A stretch of DNA of 64,000 bases from Candidatus Hydrogenedentota bacterium (GTDB taxonomy: Bacteria; Hydrogenedentota; Hydrogenedentia; Hydrogenedentales; SLHB01), in contig CAVUWV010000015.1 of the NCBI GenBank assembly GCA_963745075.1, positions 96,001 through 160,000 on the forward strand, given 5' to 3'. Positions within the stretch are counted from its first letter, which is position 1; each line of letters begins with the position of its first letter. The notes beneath the pieces are model-generated. The model was not told where the DNA came from and made no database searches. It was given only the letters and a program-made list of their open reading frames with translations. Both the position numbers and the translations under genes were made by a program. Shown here piece by piece: positions 30,741 through 40,090 of this stretch.

Positions 30741-30817
30741 AATCTATTCGTACGAAAGCCAAATTGGGCAGGCACTCTGCTGGAGCACCTGCCCGGATGT
30801 CTCATATTCCTTAACGG

Positions 30818-31741
30818 TTACGCCGCTTGCCGCTTCCTCCACCGGCGATACATGACGAGGAGAATAAGCGCCGGCACGATCCACACCGGGCTCCACACGA
30901 CGATCCAGATGACCCGGGTCCAAATTCGTTGGGCAAAACCGACCAGGGACCGCACGGCCTCGGAAAACACCTTGCCGGTGCTGTAGGTTTCCGCCGGTAC
31001 GATGGGTTCGGTCCGAGCCGCTTCCTGGAGCGTGATGTTTATTGTCGAGTACGAAACCCGGTTGCCCAAGAATCGCAATTGGCCTTCGAGCCGTTCAATC
31101 TGTTCTCGGGTCCGGGTGAGTTCTTGCTCGACGCGCAACACGTCTTCCAACACCCCCGCGCGGTCGAGATGTTCGAGGAGGCGCTCCTCCGTTCGCTTCA
31201 AGTTGCGGACGCGCGCGTCCGTGTCCACGAATTGTTCGGTAACATCCTCGGTCGTCACCTGCTTGTTCAATACCTTCCCAAGGCTCTCGACCTGCAACAT
31301 GGAATGGTCGAACTGGTCCGACGGAATGCGAATCTGCATGACGACCGTTCGTTTGCCGAAGGCATTGACGGTTTCGTTCAGACCCGAAACGTATCCATTC
31401 ACCTGGGCCAGTGCCGCCGTAAGCTGGTCGGTCGCCGCCCGGGCGTCGTCGGTTTCGATGATGACCGTCGCATTCTTGATGAGGTAGCGGTCCGGCGCGC
31501 TCTGGGTCAGCAGGTCTAACCCCGTACCGCCGGATGCATCCGATGGCGAGGTGACCTTACCCGTCACAGCCGGTTCCTCTGCCGGGGCTTGGTATCCAAG
31601 CGCTTCGGCGGCCATTTGGTGCCTGCGCCCCACGTCCGCCACTGGCGCTTCCGCCTGCGTGGACGGATAGCTTCGAGGCCCTCCGCATGCCCCAACAATC
31701 AGAGCGCAAACGATTTCCACCATCAAGAGCTTCCATTTCAT
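30818..31741 (-). CDS. DUF4349 lipoprotein
   Basis: Lipobox LIVGAC; IRIP, EDVTEQFVD, VEQEL...IERLEGQLR; C-terminal TM. Confidence 0.88.
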   Translation of the reverse strand: MKWKLLMVEIVCALIVGACGGPRSYPSTQAEAPVADVGRRHQMAAEALGYQAPAEEPAVTGKVTSPSDASGGTGLDLLTQSAPDRYLIKNATVIIETDDARAATDQLTAALAQVNGYVSGLNETVNAFGKRTVVMQIRIPSDQFDHSMLQVESLGKVLNKQVTTEDVTEQFVDTDARVRNLKRTEERLLEHLDRAGVLEDVLRVEQELTRTREQIERLEGQLRFLGNRVSYSTINITLQEAARTEPIVPAETYSTGKVFSEAVRSLVGFAQRIWTRVIWIVVWSPVWIVPALILLVMYRRWRKRQAA

Positions 31742-31859
31742 GGCTGCGTCCTCCCCTTGTGCCTTGCGGCATTCCGGTGTTCCTGTGCCCTTGGACACCG
31801 GGCCGGTGGGAAGGTTCGGGAATCGGGGAAGGTGAGGGAATCTTTAGCCGCTGGCGCTT

Positions 31860-33425
31860 CTAGTCTTGCTGCAACGCCCGCTTGTCGATCTTGCCGGTGG
31901 GCAGCATGGGGAGCTTGGCGTCAATCTCGAAGCGCTTGGGGACTTTGAAATTGGCGAGGCGGTCGCGGCAGTGGGCGGCCAGGGCGTCGGCGTCGACGTC
32001 GCGGCCGGGGTAGGGCATGACGTAGGCGTGGCCGACTTCTCCGTAGATCGAGTCGGGTATGCCGATGACGGCCGCCATGAGCACGCCGGGGAAGGATTCG
32101 ATGGCGTCCTCGACCTCGCGGGGATAGACGTTTTCGCCGCCGCTGATGAACATCTCGGATTTGCGGCCCACAATCTGGATGTAGCCATCTTCGTCCATAG
32201 ACGCCAGATCGCCGGAGTAATACCAGCCCTCCGCGTCGATGACTTCTGCCGTCAGATCGGGTTGCTTGAAGTACCCTTTCATCAGAAACGGGCCACGCAT
32301 AGCGATCTCGCCGACCTCGCCGGGGGGCAGCGGTTGGCGATTGTCATCCACAATGCGCAGCTCGAACTCCGGCGCGGCCTTTCCGGCGCTGTGCAATAAC
32401 CGGTCCTTGCCGTCGTCGGGCTCCGTGTAGGTGATAAACCCGCACACCTCCGTCGAGCCGTAACCGGTAAGCACCTTGGCTCCCGTCTGTTCGGCAATGC
32501 CGGTGAGCACGTCGACCACCAGCGCCGTGGCGGGCGAGCCGGACCAGATGAAGGCGGTCACGCTGCTCCAGTCCGTCTCCGGAAACGTGGGAACGCCGAA
32601 TTCCATGAGGAACATGGCGGGCACCTGGCCAAAGATGTTGACCCGTTCCTTGGCGACCGTTTCGAGCGTGGCCGCGGGATCGAACCGGTCCATCATCACG
32701 CAAGTGCCGCCCGCGTAAACGCAGGCGTACCCGATTTCGACGTCGGCCGCCACGTGGTTGATGGGGAAGTGCAACATGCCGCGAATCCCGGGCCCCATTT
32801 GAAAGCAGCGTGACTGCACGGCAAGATTAGCGAGAATGCTGCGATGGGTGTGGACGACGCCTTTAGGCTTGCCTGTCGAACCGGAGGTGTACATGAGTAG
32901 CGCCTCGTCATCCGGCTTGCCGGAGGCCGCGCGCCCGGTCAAGTCCTTGTCCAATTCCGAGCGAGGCGCGGCGGTGTATTCCGCGAAGGAATCCGTCCCT
33001 GCCACGGGTTCGCCGATGACGAGAACCTTATCGAGGAACGAAAACTCGTTCGCCAGCGCCGTTAAGTCCTCGCCCAAATCGCGATCCAGGTACGACCGCA
33101 CCGCGATCAGCACCGTGGGATGGCAGTCCGCGATGATAAATCGAAGCTCCTCCAGCCGGAACTTCGGCGACAGCCCGAGCCACACCGCGCCCACTTTATT
33201 CGCCGCCATGTAAGTGGTCAGGAATTCCGGCCGCGCCATCGAGAGGAGCGCGACCCGGTCTCTGGGTTCCACGCCTGCCTCCAGTAAGGCCTTCGCGATT
33301 CTATCGACCTCGTCCTTCAGCCACGCATAGTCATGCCGTTCCGCCCCAAACACAATAGACTCACGGTCCGGGGTGCTCGATGCCCACTTGTCCACGTAGT
33401 GCCATGTCAGGGTGGGGGCGTCCAC
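31860..33425 (-). CDS. Acyl-CoA synthetase (AMP-binding)
   Basis: YTSGSTGKPKG, GYGSTE, SGDL, GGENVYPREVE, PTGKIDK. Confidence 0.93.
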   Translation of the reverse strand: MDAPTLTWHYVDKWASSTPDRESIVFGAERHDYAWLKDEVDRIAKALLEAGVEPRDRVALLSMARPEFLTTYMAANKVGAVWLGLSPKFRLEELRFIIADCHPTVLIAVRSYLDRDLGEDLTALANEFSFLDKVLVIGEPVAGTDSFAEYTAAPRSELDKDLTGRAASGKPDDEALLMYTSGSTGKPKGVVHTHRSILANLAVQSRCFQMGPGIRGMLHFPINHVAADVEIGYACVYAGGTCVMMDRFDPAATLETVAKERVNIFGQVPAMFLMEFGVPTFPETDWSSVTAFIWSGSPATALVVDVLTGIAEQTGAKVLTGYGSTEVCGFITYTEPDDGKDRLLHSAGKAAPEFELRIVDDNRQPLPPGEVGEIAMRGPFLMKGYFKQPDLTAEVIDAEGWYYSGDLASMDEDGYIQIVGRKSEMFISGGENVYPREVEDAIESFPGVLMAAVIGIPDSIYGEVGHAYVMPYPGRDVDADALAAHCRDRLANFKVPKRFEIDAKLPMLPTGKIDKRALQQD

Positions 33426-33428
33426 GGA

Positions 33429-34319
33429 TTAGCGGTTCCCGCTTTTACTCAGCTCGACATAGCCGTCGCTGATGGCGCGCTTGCCGTCAGCGTTCTCGAT
33501 CTCGAAAAAAACCTGGTCCGTCGCGTCACGTTCGGTCTTGCCCAGGAGCCGGACCGTGATGTTGGTGTCGGGCCGCACCATGCCGGAGAACCGGCAACTG
33601 ACCCGCTTTAACCGGCGTGGGTCGGCATCCGCTTCCCGGTCGACGATGTCGCGAAGCGCCCAAGAGAGTGTGCAGGTGCCTTGCAGGATTGCGCCGGGCA
33701 GGCCGACCCATTTTGCGAACTTGGTGGACGTGTGAATGGGGTTATGGATGTCCGCGCACCCGTCGTAGACATGGGCCGCCAGGGGGTGGACGTGCAACTC
33801 CTCCTGCCACAGCGGTCCGTTGGTCCCTTCGAATTTAGGCACATCGGGAATGTTCTCCGCACCCGACCCCTTGTCCGTACACTTGACGCCGCGCAGCAGC
33901 GACCCGGCATATTCGGTAAATACCGGTTCTCCTTTTTCGTTCTTGGCGCGACACCGAATAGTCAGGAAGGTCCCGGCCCGGTGGGGCATTACCGCAGCGA
34001 GATCCGCGACGATGGTCAGCTTGTCGCCGGGCCGCATGACACGGTGGAACTCGATGGTTTCCGTATAGTGGACCTGCCGCACCAGTACCTCGAGGGGAAA
34101 CTTGTCAGGATCCCAGTACAACTCGGCGTCTTTTCCGAAGGGCCACGTGAGCGCCACGCTGAGCATGGGAGGCGCGATAATGCCTTCTTCGCGTTCATCG
34201 TGAAAATACCAGGGATTGTTGTCATCCACGGCTGCGGCAAAATTCATGGCGTGCCGCCAGGTAATCTCGTGCGCGAGCGGTTTGGACACACTACCCGTAT
34301 AGGAAGACGTAACTTTCAT
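33429..34319 (-). CDS. MaoC/PaaZ-like double hot-dog enoyl-CoA hydratase
   Basis: FAAAVDDNNP, DIHNPIH, GLPGAILQG, RFSGMVRP. Confidence 0.85.
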   Translation of the reverse strand: MKVTSSYTGSVSKPLAHEITWRHAMNFAAAVDDNNPWYFHDEREEGIIAPPMLSVALTWPFGKDAELYWDPDKFPLEVLVRQVHYTETIEFHRVMRPGDKLTIVADLAAVMPHRAGTFLTIRCRAKNEKGEPVFTEYAGSLLRGVKCTDKGSGAENIPDVPKFEGTNGPLWQEELHVHPLAAHVYDGCADIHNPIHTSTKFAKWVGLPGAILQGTCTLSWALRDIVDREADADPRRLKRVSCRFSGMVRPDTNITVRLLGKTERDATDQVFFEIENADGKRAISDGYVELSKSGNR

Positions 34320-34559
34320 TGAATGACTCCCATTTCACCGGATACAGCGGTCAAACGGTAGCATGTTTTTCCGCCCAATTCGAGTCCGTCGTCGATCGCC
34401 CCCGATTTGCTGATAAAACGGACGCGCAACGTAGATGCGGCTTCCACCCGCGTTGATTCATTGGGCCACGAGTCCGATCTAACGCGGCTGGAAGCCGCGT
34501 TTACGTTGCGTGCCGCGTTTGACAATCGAGAGTTCGCCGACTTGCTTGGAATGCGATTG

Positions 34560-35417
34560 TTACGCACGGTCCAAATATTTGAGAACAATTTTGTCGCGCC
34601 ACCGGTCGGGCAGGTGGGTCAGCAGCTTCTGGATCTTCGCATCTCGCCCCACGATGTAGCGCGTGCGGGGCTTCGGGGCCGTGAAGGCGTGAGCCACCAC
34701 TCGGGACACCGCGTCCGCCGGGACCGCGTCCCTGGCGGTCCTGCGCGCCGTGCGCGTGGCCATCTGGATAAGGGGGCCGTACAACTCGGTAGTTTCCGGC
34801 GGCAACTCGCCCAAGCGTTCGGTCGCTGCTTTCATGGACTTCTCCCAGATCGGCGTTGCTATGGCGCCCGGTTCGATGATGATCACTTCGATGCCCCAAG
34901 GCCGAAGTTCCATGCGCAGCGTGTCGGTGACCGCTTCGAGGGCGAATTTCGATGCACTGTAAGGCCCGCCCATCACCATGGACAAGCGGCCGGCAATTGA
35001 ACCGATGTTGACGATTCGCCCCCGGGCCTTTCGGATCAGGGGCAGGAATGCCTGAGTCACCGCGACCTGCCCGACGATATTGATTTCGAGTTGGCGGCGT
35101 AGATCGTCCAGTGGCGTGAATTCAAGGGGGCCATTTACGCTGACCCCGGCGTTGTTGAGCAGTCCGGCGAGGCCCCGTTCGCCGGTGGCTTTGGATACGG
35201 ATTCCGTCGCCAGCGCGATCTGCCGCGCGTCGGTCACGTCCAGGATGACGGGCGTAAGTCCTTTGGGACATGCGCCTCGCAGCGCGGTTCCGTCGGCTTC
35301 CTTGCGAACCCCGGCAAACACGTGGAAACCCAATTCCGCGAGATGAAGCGCTGCCGCCTTTCCGATTCCCGTGGATGCGCCGGTTACAACGATCGCACCT
35401 CGGCCCGAGTCGGTCAT
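34560..35417 (-). CDS. Short-chain dehydrogenase/reductase
   Basis: TGASTGIG, NNAG, YSASK. Confidence 0.93.
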   Translation of the reverse strand: MTDSGRGAIVVTGASTGIGKAAALHLAELGFHVFAGVRKEADGTALRGACPKGLTPVILDVTDARQIALATESVSKATGERGLAGLLNNAGVSVNGPLEFTPLDDLRRQLEINIVGQVAVTQAFLPLIRKARGRIVNIGSIAGRLSMVMGGPYSASKFALEAVTDTLRMELRPWGIEVIIIEPGAIATPIWEKSMKAATERLGELPPETTELYGPLIQMATRTARRTARDAVPADAVSRVVAHAFTAPKPRTRYIVGRDAKIQKLLTHLPDRWRDKIVLKYLDRA

Positions 35418-35531
35418 GTCGATGTCCTTTCTTGCAGTTCAGACGAAGAGGCGTCATTCTAGCAGCCAAGCGACGCGGGAGCGAGCGCCGCGAGAATCCG
35501 TCACAATCAGGTAAAGATATTAGGTCGTCCC

Positions 35532-36362
35532 ATGGCAGTTGTCGAACCGGTTACATCGTCCCATTCAGCATTGCTTCATGAACGTCTTGAGGCGCTCTAT
35601 CGCCGGCTGAACCGTCGCGACTATATCTCGCCCGATCCCATGCAGTTCCTCCTCGACTACCCGGATCCGGCCGATCGCGAGATTGTCGCGTTGGTGGCGT
35701 CCGCATTGGCCTTCGGCAACGTCCGGCAGATCCTGAGGAGCGTTTCGTCCGTTTTGGAACACATGCCCTCGCCGGCCCATTTCCTCGATATGGCGGGCAA
35801 GGGATCGCTCGAACATACATTTCGAGGGTTCCGGCATCGCTACGTGGCGGACGCGGAACTTGTGGACCTCCTATACGGTATCAAGTTCGTCCGCGAAGCG
35901 TACGGTTCGCTGCAATCCGCCTTTGTCGCAGGATGGGGCCCGGACGATACGACGGTGCTGCCGGCACTGGCGCTGTTCACAAGAAACCTGATTTCTCACG
36001 GCCGGTTGCCGAAGAATTATCTCTTGCCGGAACCGGAACGGGGAAGTGCCTGCAAGCGGCTGCACCTGTTTATGCGATGGATGGTCCGTCAGGATGAGGT
36101 GGATCTCGGTGGCTGGGACACCATCCACCCCCGTACGCTCCTGATTCCGCTGGACACCCACATGCACCGGCTATCCCGGTCGCTCGGGCTGACGAATCGT
36201 TCGGCCGCCAATATTCGGACTGCGTTGGAGGTGACTGGGGCCTTCCGCGCCATGGTTCCGGACGACCCGGTCCGGTACGATTTCGCCTTGACAAGGCTGG
36301 GCATCCGCGACGATACTAATGCAGGTGAGTTCCTCCGGGAATGCGGCCTGACGGTGTTGTAG
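35532..36362 (+). CDS. TIGR02757 family protein
   Basis: PDP, LAFGNV, SACKRLHLFMRWMVR, IPLDTH, DDPVRYDFAL. Confidence 0.9.
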   Translation: MAVVEPVTSSHSALLHERLEALYRRLNRRDYISPDPMQFLLDYPDPADREIVALVASALAFGNVRQILRSVSSVLEHMPSPAHFLDMAGKGSLEHTFRGFRHRYVADAELVDLLYGIKFVREAYGSLQSAFVAGWGPDDTTVLPALALFTRNLISHGRLPKNYLLPEPERGSACKRLHLFMRWMVRQDEVDLGGWDTIHPRTLLIPLDTHMHRLSRSLGLTNRSAANIRTALEVTGAFRAMVPDDPVRYDFALTRLGIRDDTNAGEFLRECGLTVL

Positions 36363-36579
36363 ACAGGTTCCCCCGGAGGCCCCTTCAAGCACCTTGAAGG
36401 GGAGGCGTAGTACCGGCTGCGGGAAGCGCCGTCACCGGAGGGGTATCCGCTCGTTCGACGGGGGCCGTTTTGCATACAGCGAAACGAGAATACAACCACG
36501 AACACGGTGCGGTCGAAGTGCGCCTCCGCTGCAACAATTCTATGAACAAAACCAGAATCGGTAGTAAGGAGAAATTGCT

Positions 36580-37176
36580 ATGACATCTTTGGTTACCAAA
36601 CCCGCCCCGGACTTCAAATCTCAGACGGTGATGCCGGACAATTCGTTCGCCGAAAAGTCCCTGACGGAATTGCGCGGCGGAAAGTACGCCGTCGTGTTCT
36701 TTTATCCCTTGGATTTCACCTTTGTGTGTCCGTCCGAGATCATCGCGTTCGACAAGAAGTTGGGCGAGTTCAAAAAGCGGAATTGCGAGGTCATCGGCAT
36801 CTCAGTCGATTCCCACTTCACGCACCTCGCGTGGAAAAACACCCCGGTCAACAAAGGGGGGATCGGAAACGTGCAGTACCCGTTGGTCGCCGATCTGACA
36901 AAGCGAATCGCGGAAGACTACGGGGTGCTGCTGCCGGAGGCCGGTGTGGCACTGCGCGGTTTGTTCCTGATCGACAAAGAGGGGATCATTCGCCACGCCC
37001 TGGTCAACGACCTTCCATTGGGTCGAAACATCGCCGAAGCGCTGCGCCTGCTGGACGCCCTGCAATTCCACGAAAAGCACGGCGAGGTTTGCCCGGCTAA
37101 TTGGAAAGACGGCGAAGAAGGCATGATAGCCACGGCCGACGGCGTCGCGGAGTACTTGGCCAAATTCGCGAACTAA
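36580..37176 (+). CDS. ahpC: 2-Cys peroxiredoxin
   Basis: FYPLDFTFVCPSE and GEVCPANW. Confidence 0.95.
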   Translation: MTSLVTKPAPDFKSQTVMPDNSFAEKSLTELRGGKYAVVFFYPLDFTFVCPSEIIAFDKKLGEFKKRNCEVIGISVDSHFTHLAWKNTPVNKGGIGNVQYPLVADLTKRIAEDYGVLLPEAGVALRGLFLIDKEGIIRHALVNDLPLGRNIAEALRLLDALQFHEKHGEVCPANWKDGEEGMIATADGVAEYLAKFAN

Positions 37177-37207
37177 AGACGGCCCGAAATACGCAAATGG
37201 TTTATCC

Positions 37208-37410
37208 CCGAGTTTTCACACGCTCCAACCATTGGGGCTGTACCCCCAGTCCACTCTGGAGTTTCTTATGCCGTTCCGAACTCTTTGGGTTCACAGAGTG
37301 CGTGTGAAAATTCCTCAACAGTGAGCCGACAGTTTATCTCGCGAGCATTTCATACCGCGTCGAAGGTAATGGTCCGCGACACAAAGACTTTCGGGCGGTG
37401 AGAAATGCGG
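37208..37410. repeat. Dispersed ~200-bp double-hairpin element, copy 2
   Basis: Shares TCCGAACTCTTTGGGTTCACAGAG, GCGTGTGA.AATTCCTCAA.AGTGAGCCGAC and TTTCGGGCGGTGAGAAATGCGG with 6219-6422. Confidence 0.85.
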
Positions 37411-37455
37411 ATTATGGGCGTTGGCGTTTCGGCGTCAACGCCCACGTGCTGTTTG

Positions 37456-38562
37456 CTAATCGGCATCCGCCAGCGCAGCGCGCTCGTTCCCGTTCTCCTT
37501 CGCGAGTGATTTGTTGACCTTGACGCCATTGCGGCTCAACTCGACGAAGCCGAATCCCTCGCGATACAGGGAATAAAGGCCCAGAATCAGAATGGGAATC
37601 ATGTTCGATAGGTGCGTGACGATGGCGATGGCAATGGCGTCGGGCAGCTTAACGCCCGGTACCGTCATCAAAAGTCCCGCCACAATGGGGATATGAAACT
37701 GGCCCAGCATCCCCGGTACTCCGGGGGCGCTCACGAAGAGGGCCAGAACCGTTTGGATGACAAACGGCGCATACCACGGCCAGTCCAGTTGAAACGCCTG
37801 CATGAAACAGGGGTAGCTGATCAGAAAGGCCGTCCACGTCAGCGCGTTAAATGTCAGGGTCCCGGCCATGTCGCCGACGGAGTGAAACACGTGCAGCCCC
37901 TGCGCGAACTGTTCGAAGATGTGACATGCCCACGCGGCCAGTCGCTTGGATACGAGGCCCACCACCCCGCGCGTCAACCGCAGCACCATGTCCTGCTTCC
38001 AATACAGGAGAATCAACGTTGCCAGAATGAAGAGCAACATCGTTGCCGTGCCTTCCCCGCCGGCGGTAATGAGTGACTTGGGGATGGTCGGCGGATGCTT
38101 CAGGCCAAAGAGTCCGGATGGGAGTTTGATGTCGCTTTCCGGGCGGTAGGCGATAACCGCAACGAGCATGACGCCCATCAGGCCAATGAGATCGGTCACG
38201 CGGTCCAGCGCACAGACAGCCAGGCTTTTCGAGAAGGCCATTTTGCTCAGGCGGCTCAGTACGAGGGGGCGGACGATCTCGCCCAAACGCAAACCAATCG
38301 TGAAATTCACGAGAAATGCGAGCTGGGTGGCGCTGAACATGCTCCGGAAACTCGCGGGATGCACCGCGCGCACCACATATTTCCAGCGAAAAATCCGAAG
38401 CCAGAAACTTGCCCATATCGGAATTTGGGCGGCCAAAAGCCAGCCCACGTGCATCTGGGTGAGGGACTCATAGAGGTCCCCCCACTTGACTCCCCGGAAG
38501 AGCAGCCACGTCAATAACACGGCAACTGCAAGGCTGGCAACGATCTGGATGGTGCGTTTCAT
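37456..38562 (-). CDS. Lysylphosphatidylglycerol-synthase TM / flippase-like membrane protein
   Basis: LRIFRW, RLGEIVR, DRVTD, PGVPGMLGQFH; multiple TMs. Confidence 0.85.
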   Translation of the reverse strand: MKRTIQIVASLAVAVLLTWLLFRGVKWGDLYESLTQMHVGWLLAAQIPIWASFWLRIFRWKYVVRAVHPASFRSMFSATQLAFLVNFTIGLRLGEIVRPLVLSRLSKMAFSKSLAVCALDRVTDLIGLMGVMLVAVIAYRPESDIKLPSGLFGLKHPPTIPKSLITAGGEGTATMLLFILATLILLYWKQDMVLRLTRGVVGLVSKRLAAWACHIFEQFAQGLHVFHSVGDMAGTLTFNALTWTAFLISYPCFMQAFQLDWPWYAPFVIQTVLALFVSAPGVPGMLGQFHIPIVAGLLMTVPGVKLPDAIAIAIVTHLSNMIPILILGLYSLYREGFGFVELSRNGVKVNKSLAKENGNERAALADAD

Positions 38563-38758
38563 TACGGCGTCGATTCCTAGGATGAGGAGCGAACTATAGC
38601 ACACGGAGCAAATTCGTTCATCTCCTGGCGCGGTTCGGGGGGCTACCGGAATCCGCGACGAGTCCCGCTAAACCAATTCTCTGTACGCTGCATCAAACGA
38701 AATGGAGCGTGGGAAAGGGGGGGAGCGGCCGGTCTGGTTTCAGTACCGGTTGCGCGTA

Positions 38759-40090
38759 ATGGGAGTGTTCAGCGTGCGACGAAAATCAATAGCGCCCGCC
38801 GCGATCGGCACGTTCGCGTTGCTGGCGGGCCTCGGCATCATGGTTGCGCTCATCGCCATGCGCCGGCCCCCGGCCGGTGCGACGGTTCAGGTTACGGAAA
38901 ACGCGATGCATGTCGAGGCGCTGCGTGTTGTTCCCCGTGACGTGCCCGTTACGATTGTCGGATACGGTCAGGTGAACGTGCTTAAGACCGTGGAGGTGGC
39001 CCCCGAAGTCTCGGGCAAGGTCGTTTCCATACATCCCAACCTGGTTGCCGGAGGCATCATCCCGAAAGGAGAAACCCTTTTCGAAATCGACGCGGAGCCG
39101 TATCGCGCGCAGGTTACGGACGTCGAAGCCACGGTGACCCAGTTGGAAGCAACGATTGCGCGTCTCCGTAAAGAGCAGAAGAACGAGCAGGAACGGCTGG
39201 AGTCGCTGCAACGCGCCCGGGATATCGCCGAAGCGCAGTTCGAGCGGCTGAAGGAACTCATTGCCGAAGACGTGGGGACTGAGACCGGCGTGGACGCTGC
39301 CGAGGCGGCGTACGTGACGACGCGGGACGAAGTAGACCAGTTGAACCACGAACTCGATCTGTACCCCAATCGAATCCGTGAGGCGCAAGGAACGTTGGAG
39401 TCCGCTCAGGCCAAACGTGAACTCGCGCGCATCAGCCTTGGCAAGACGCGAGTGGTCGCTCCGTTTGACGCCCGCGTAAAGCAGCGGTCCGTGGAGAAGG
39501 ATCAATTCCTCAATGCCGGTATGGATGTGCTTGAACTCGCCGACGATTCCATTCTAGAAATCCGCGTGCCGCTCGACAGCCGCGATGCCCGGCGGTGGTT
39601 ACAGTTTCGTGAAGGCCGCCCGGGCGGCAGCATGGCATGGTTCTCCGACCCGGATCCGGTGGAATGCGCGGTGCTGTGGACTGAAGACGAGAACGGAGCA
39701 TCGTGGGCGGGGATCCTCGATCGCGTCGAGTCCTTTGATGAAACGTCACGGACGCTGACCGTGGCCATACGCATCGACGGGCGAACGGCGACCGGTCCCG
39801 ATCGTCTGCCGCTAGTCGAGGGGATGTTCTGCCGCGTGGAAATTCCCGGCCGGGTCATGAAGAGCGTGTTCGCGATCCCCCAGAGTGCCGTCACCATCGC
39901 GAATACCGTGTTTACCTCCGCTGACAACCGGCTCAAAACGGCGCCCATAGACGTGGCGCGTCTGCAAGGCCCGTTCGCGTACGTCTCCGGGGGCCTCGAA
40001 TCCGGTGATCTCGTCATAACGACCCGCCTGGTGAACCCCCTGGACCATACGCTGCTCAACGTCACCGTCGTATCCGAGGCAACGCCGTGA
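38759..40090 (+). CDS. RND efflux periplasmic adaptor subunit
   Basis: N-terminal TM, PEVSGKV, coiled coil, TRVVAPFDA; GTGA overlap with the RND gene. Confidence 0.9.
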   Translation: MGVFSVRRKSIAPAAIGTFALLAGLGIMVALIAMRRPPAGATVQVTENAMHVEALRVVPRDVPVTIVGYGQVNVLKTVEVAPEVSGKVVSIHPNLVAGGIIPKGETLFEIDAEPYRAQVTDVEATVTQLEATIARLRKEQKNEQERLESLQRARDIAEAQFERLKELIAEDVGTETGVDAAEAAYVTTRDEVDQLNHELDLYPNRIREAQGTLESAQAKRELARISLGKTRVVAPFDARVKQRSVEKDQFLNAGMDVLELADDSILEIRVPLDSRDARRWLQFREGRPGGSMAWFSDPDPVECAVLWTEDENGASWAGILDRVESFDETSRTLTVAIRIDGRTATGPDRLPLVEGMFCRVEIPGRVMKSVFAIPQSAVTIANTVFTSADNRLKTAPIDVARLQGPFAYVSGGLESGDLVITTRLVNPLDHTLLNVTVVSEATP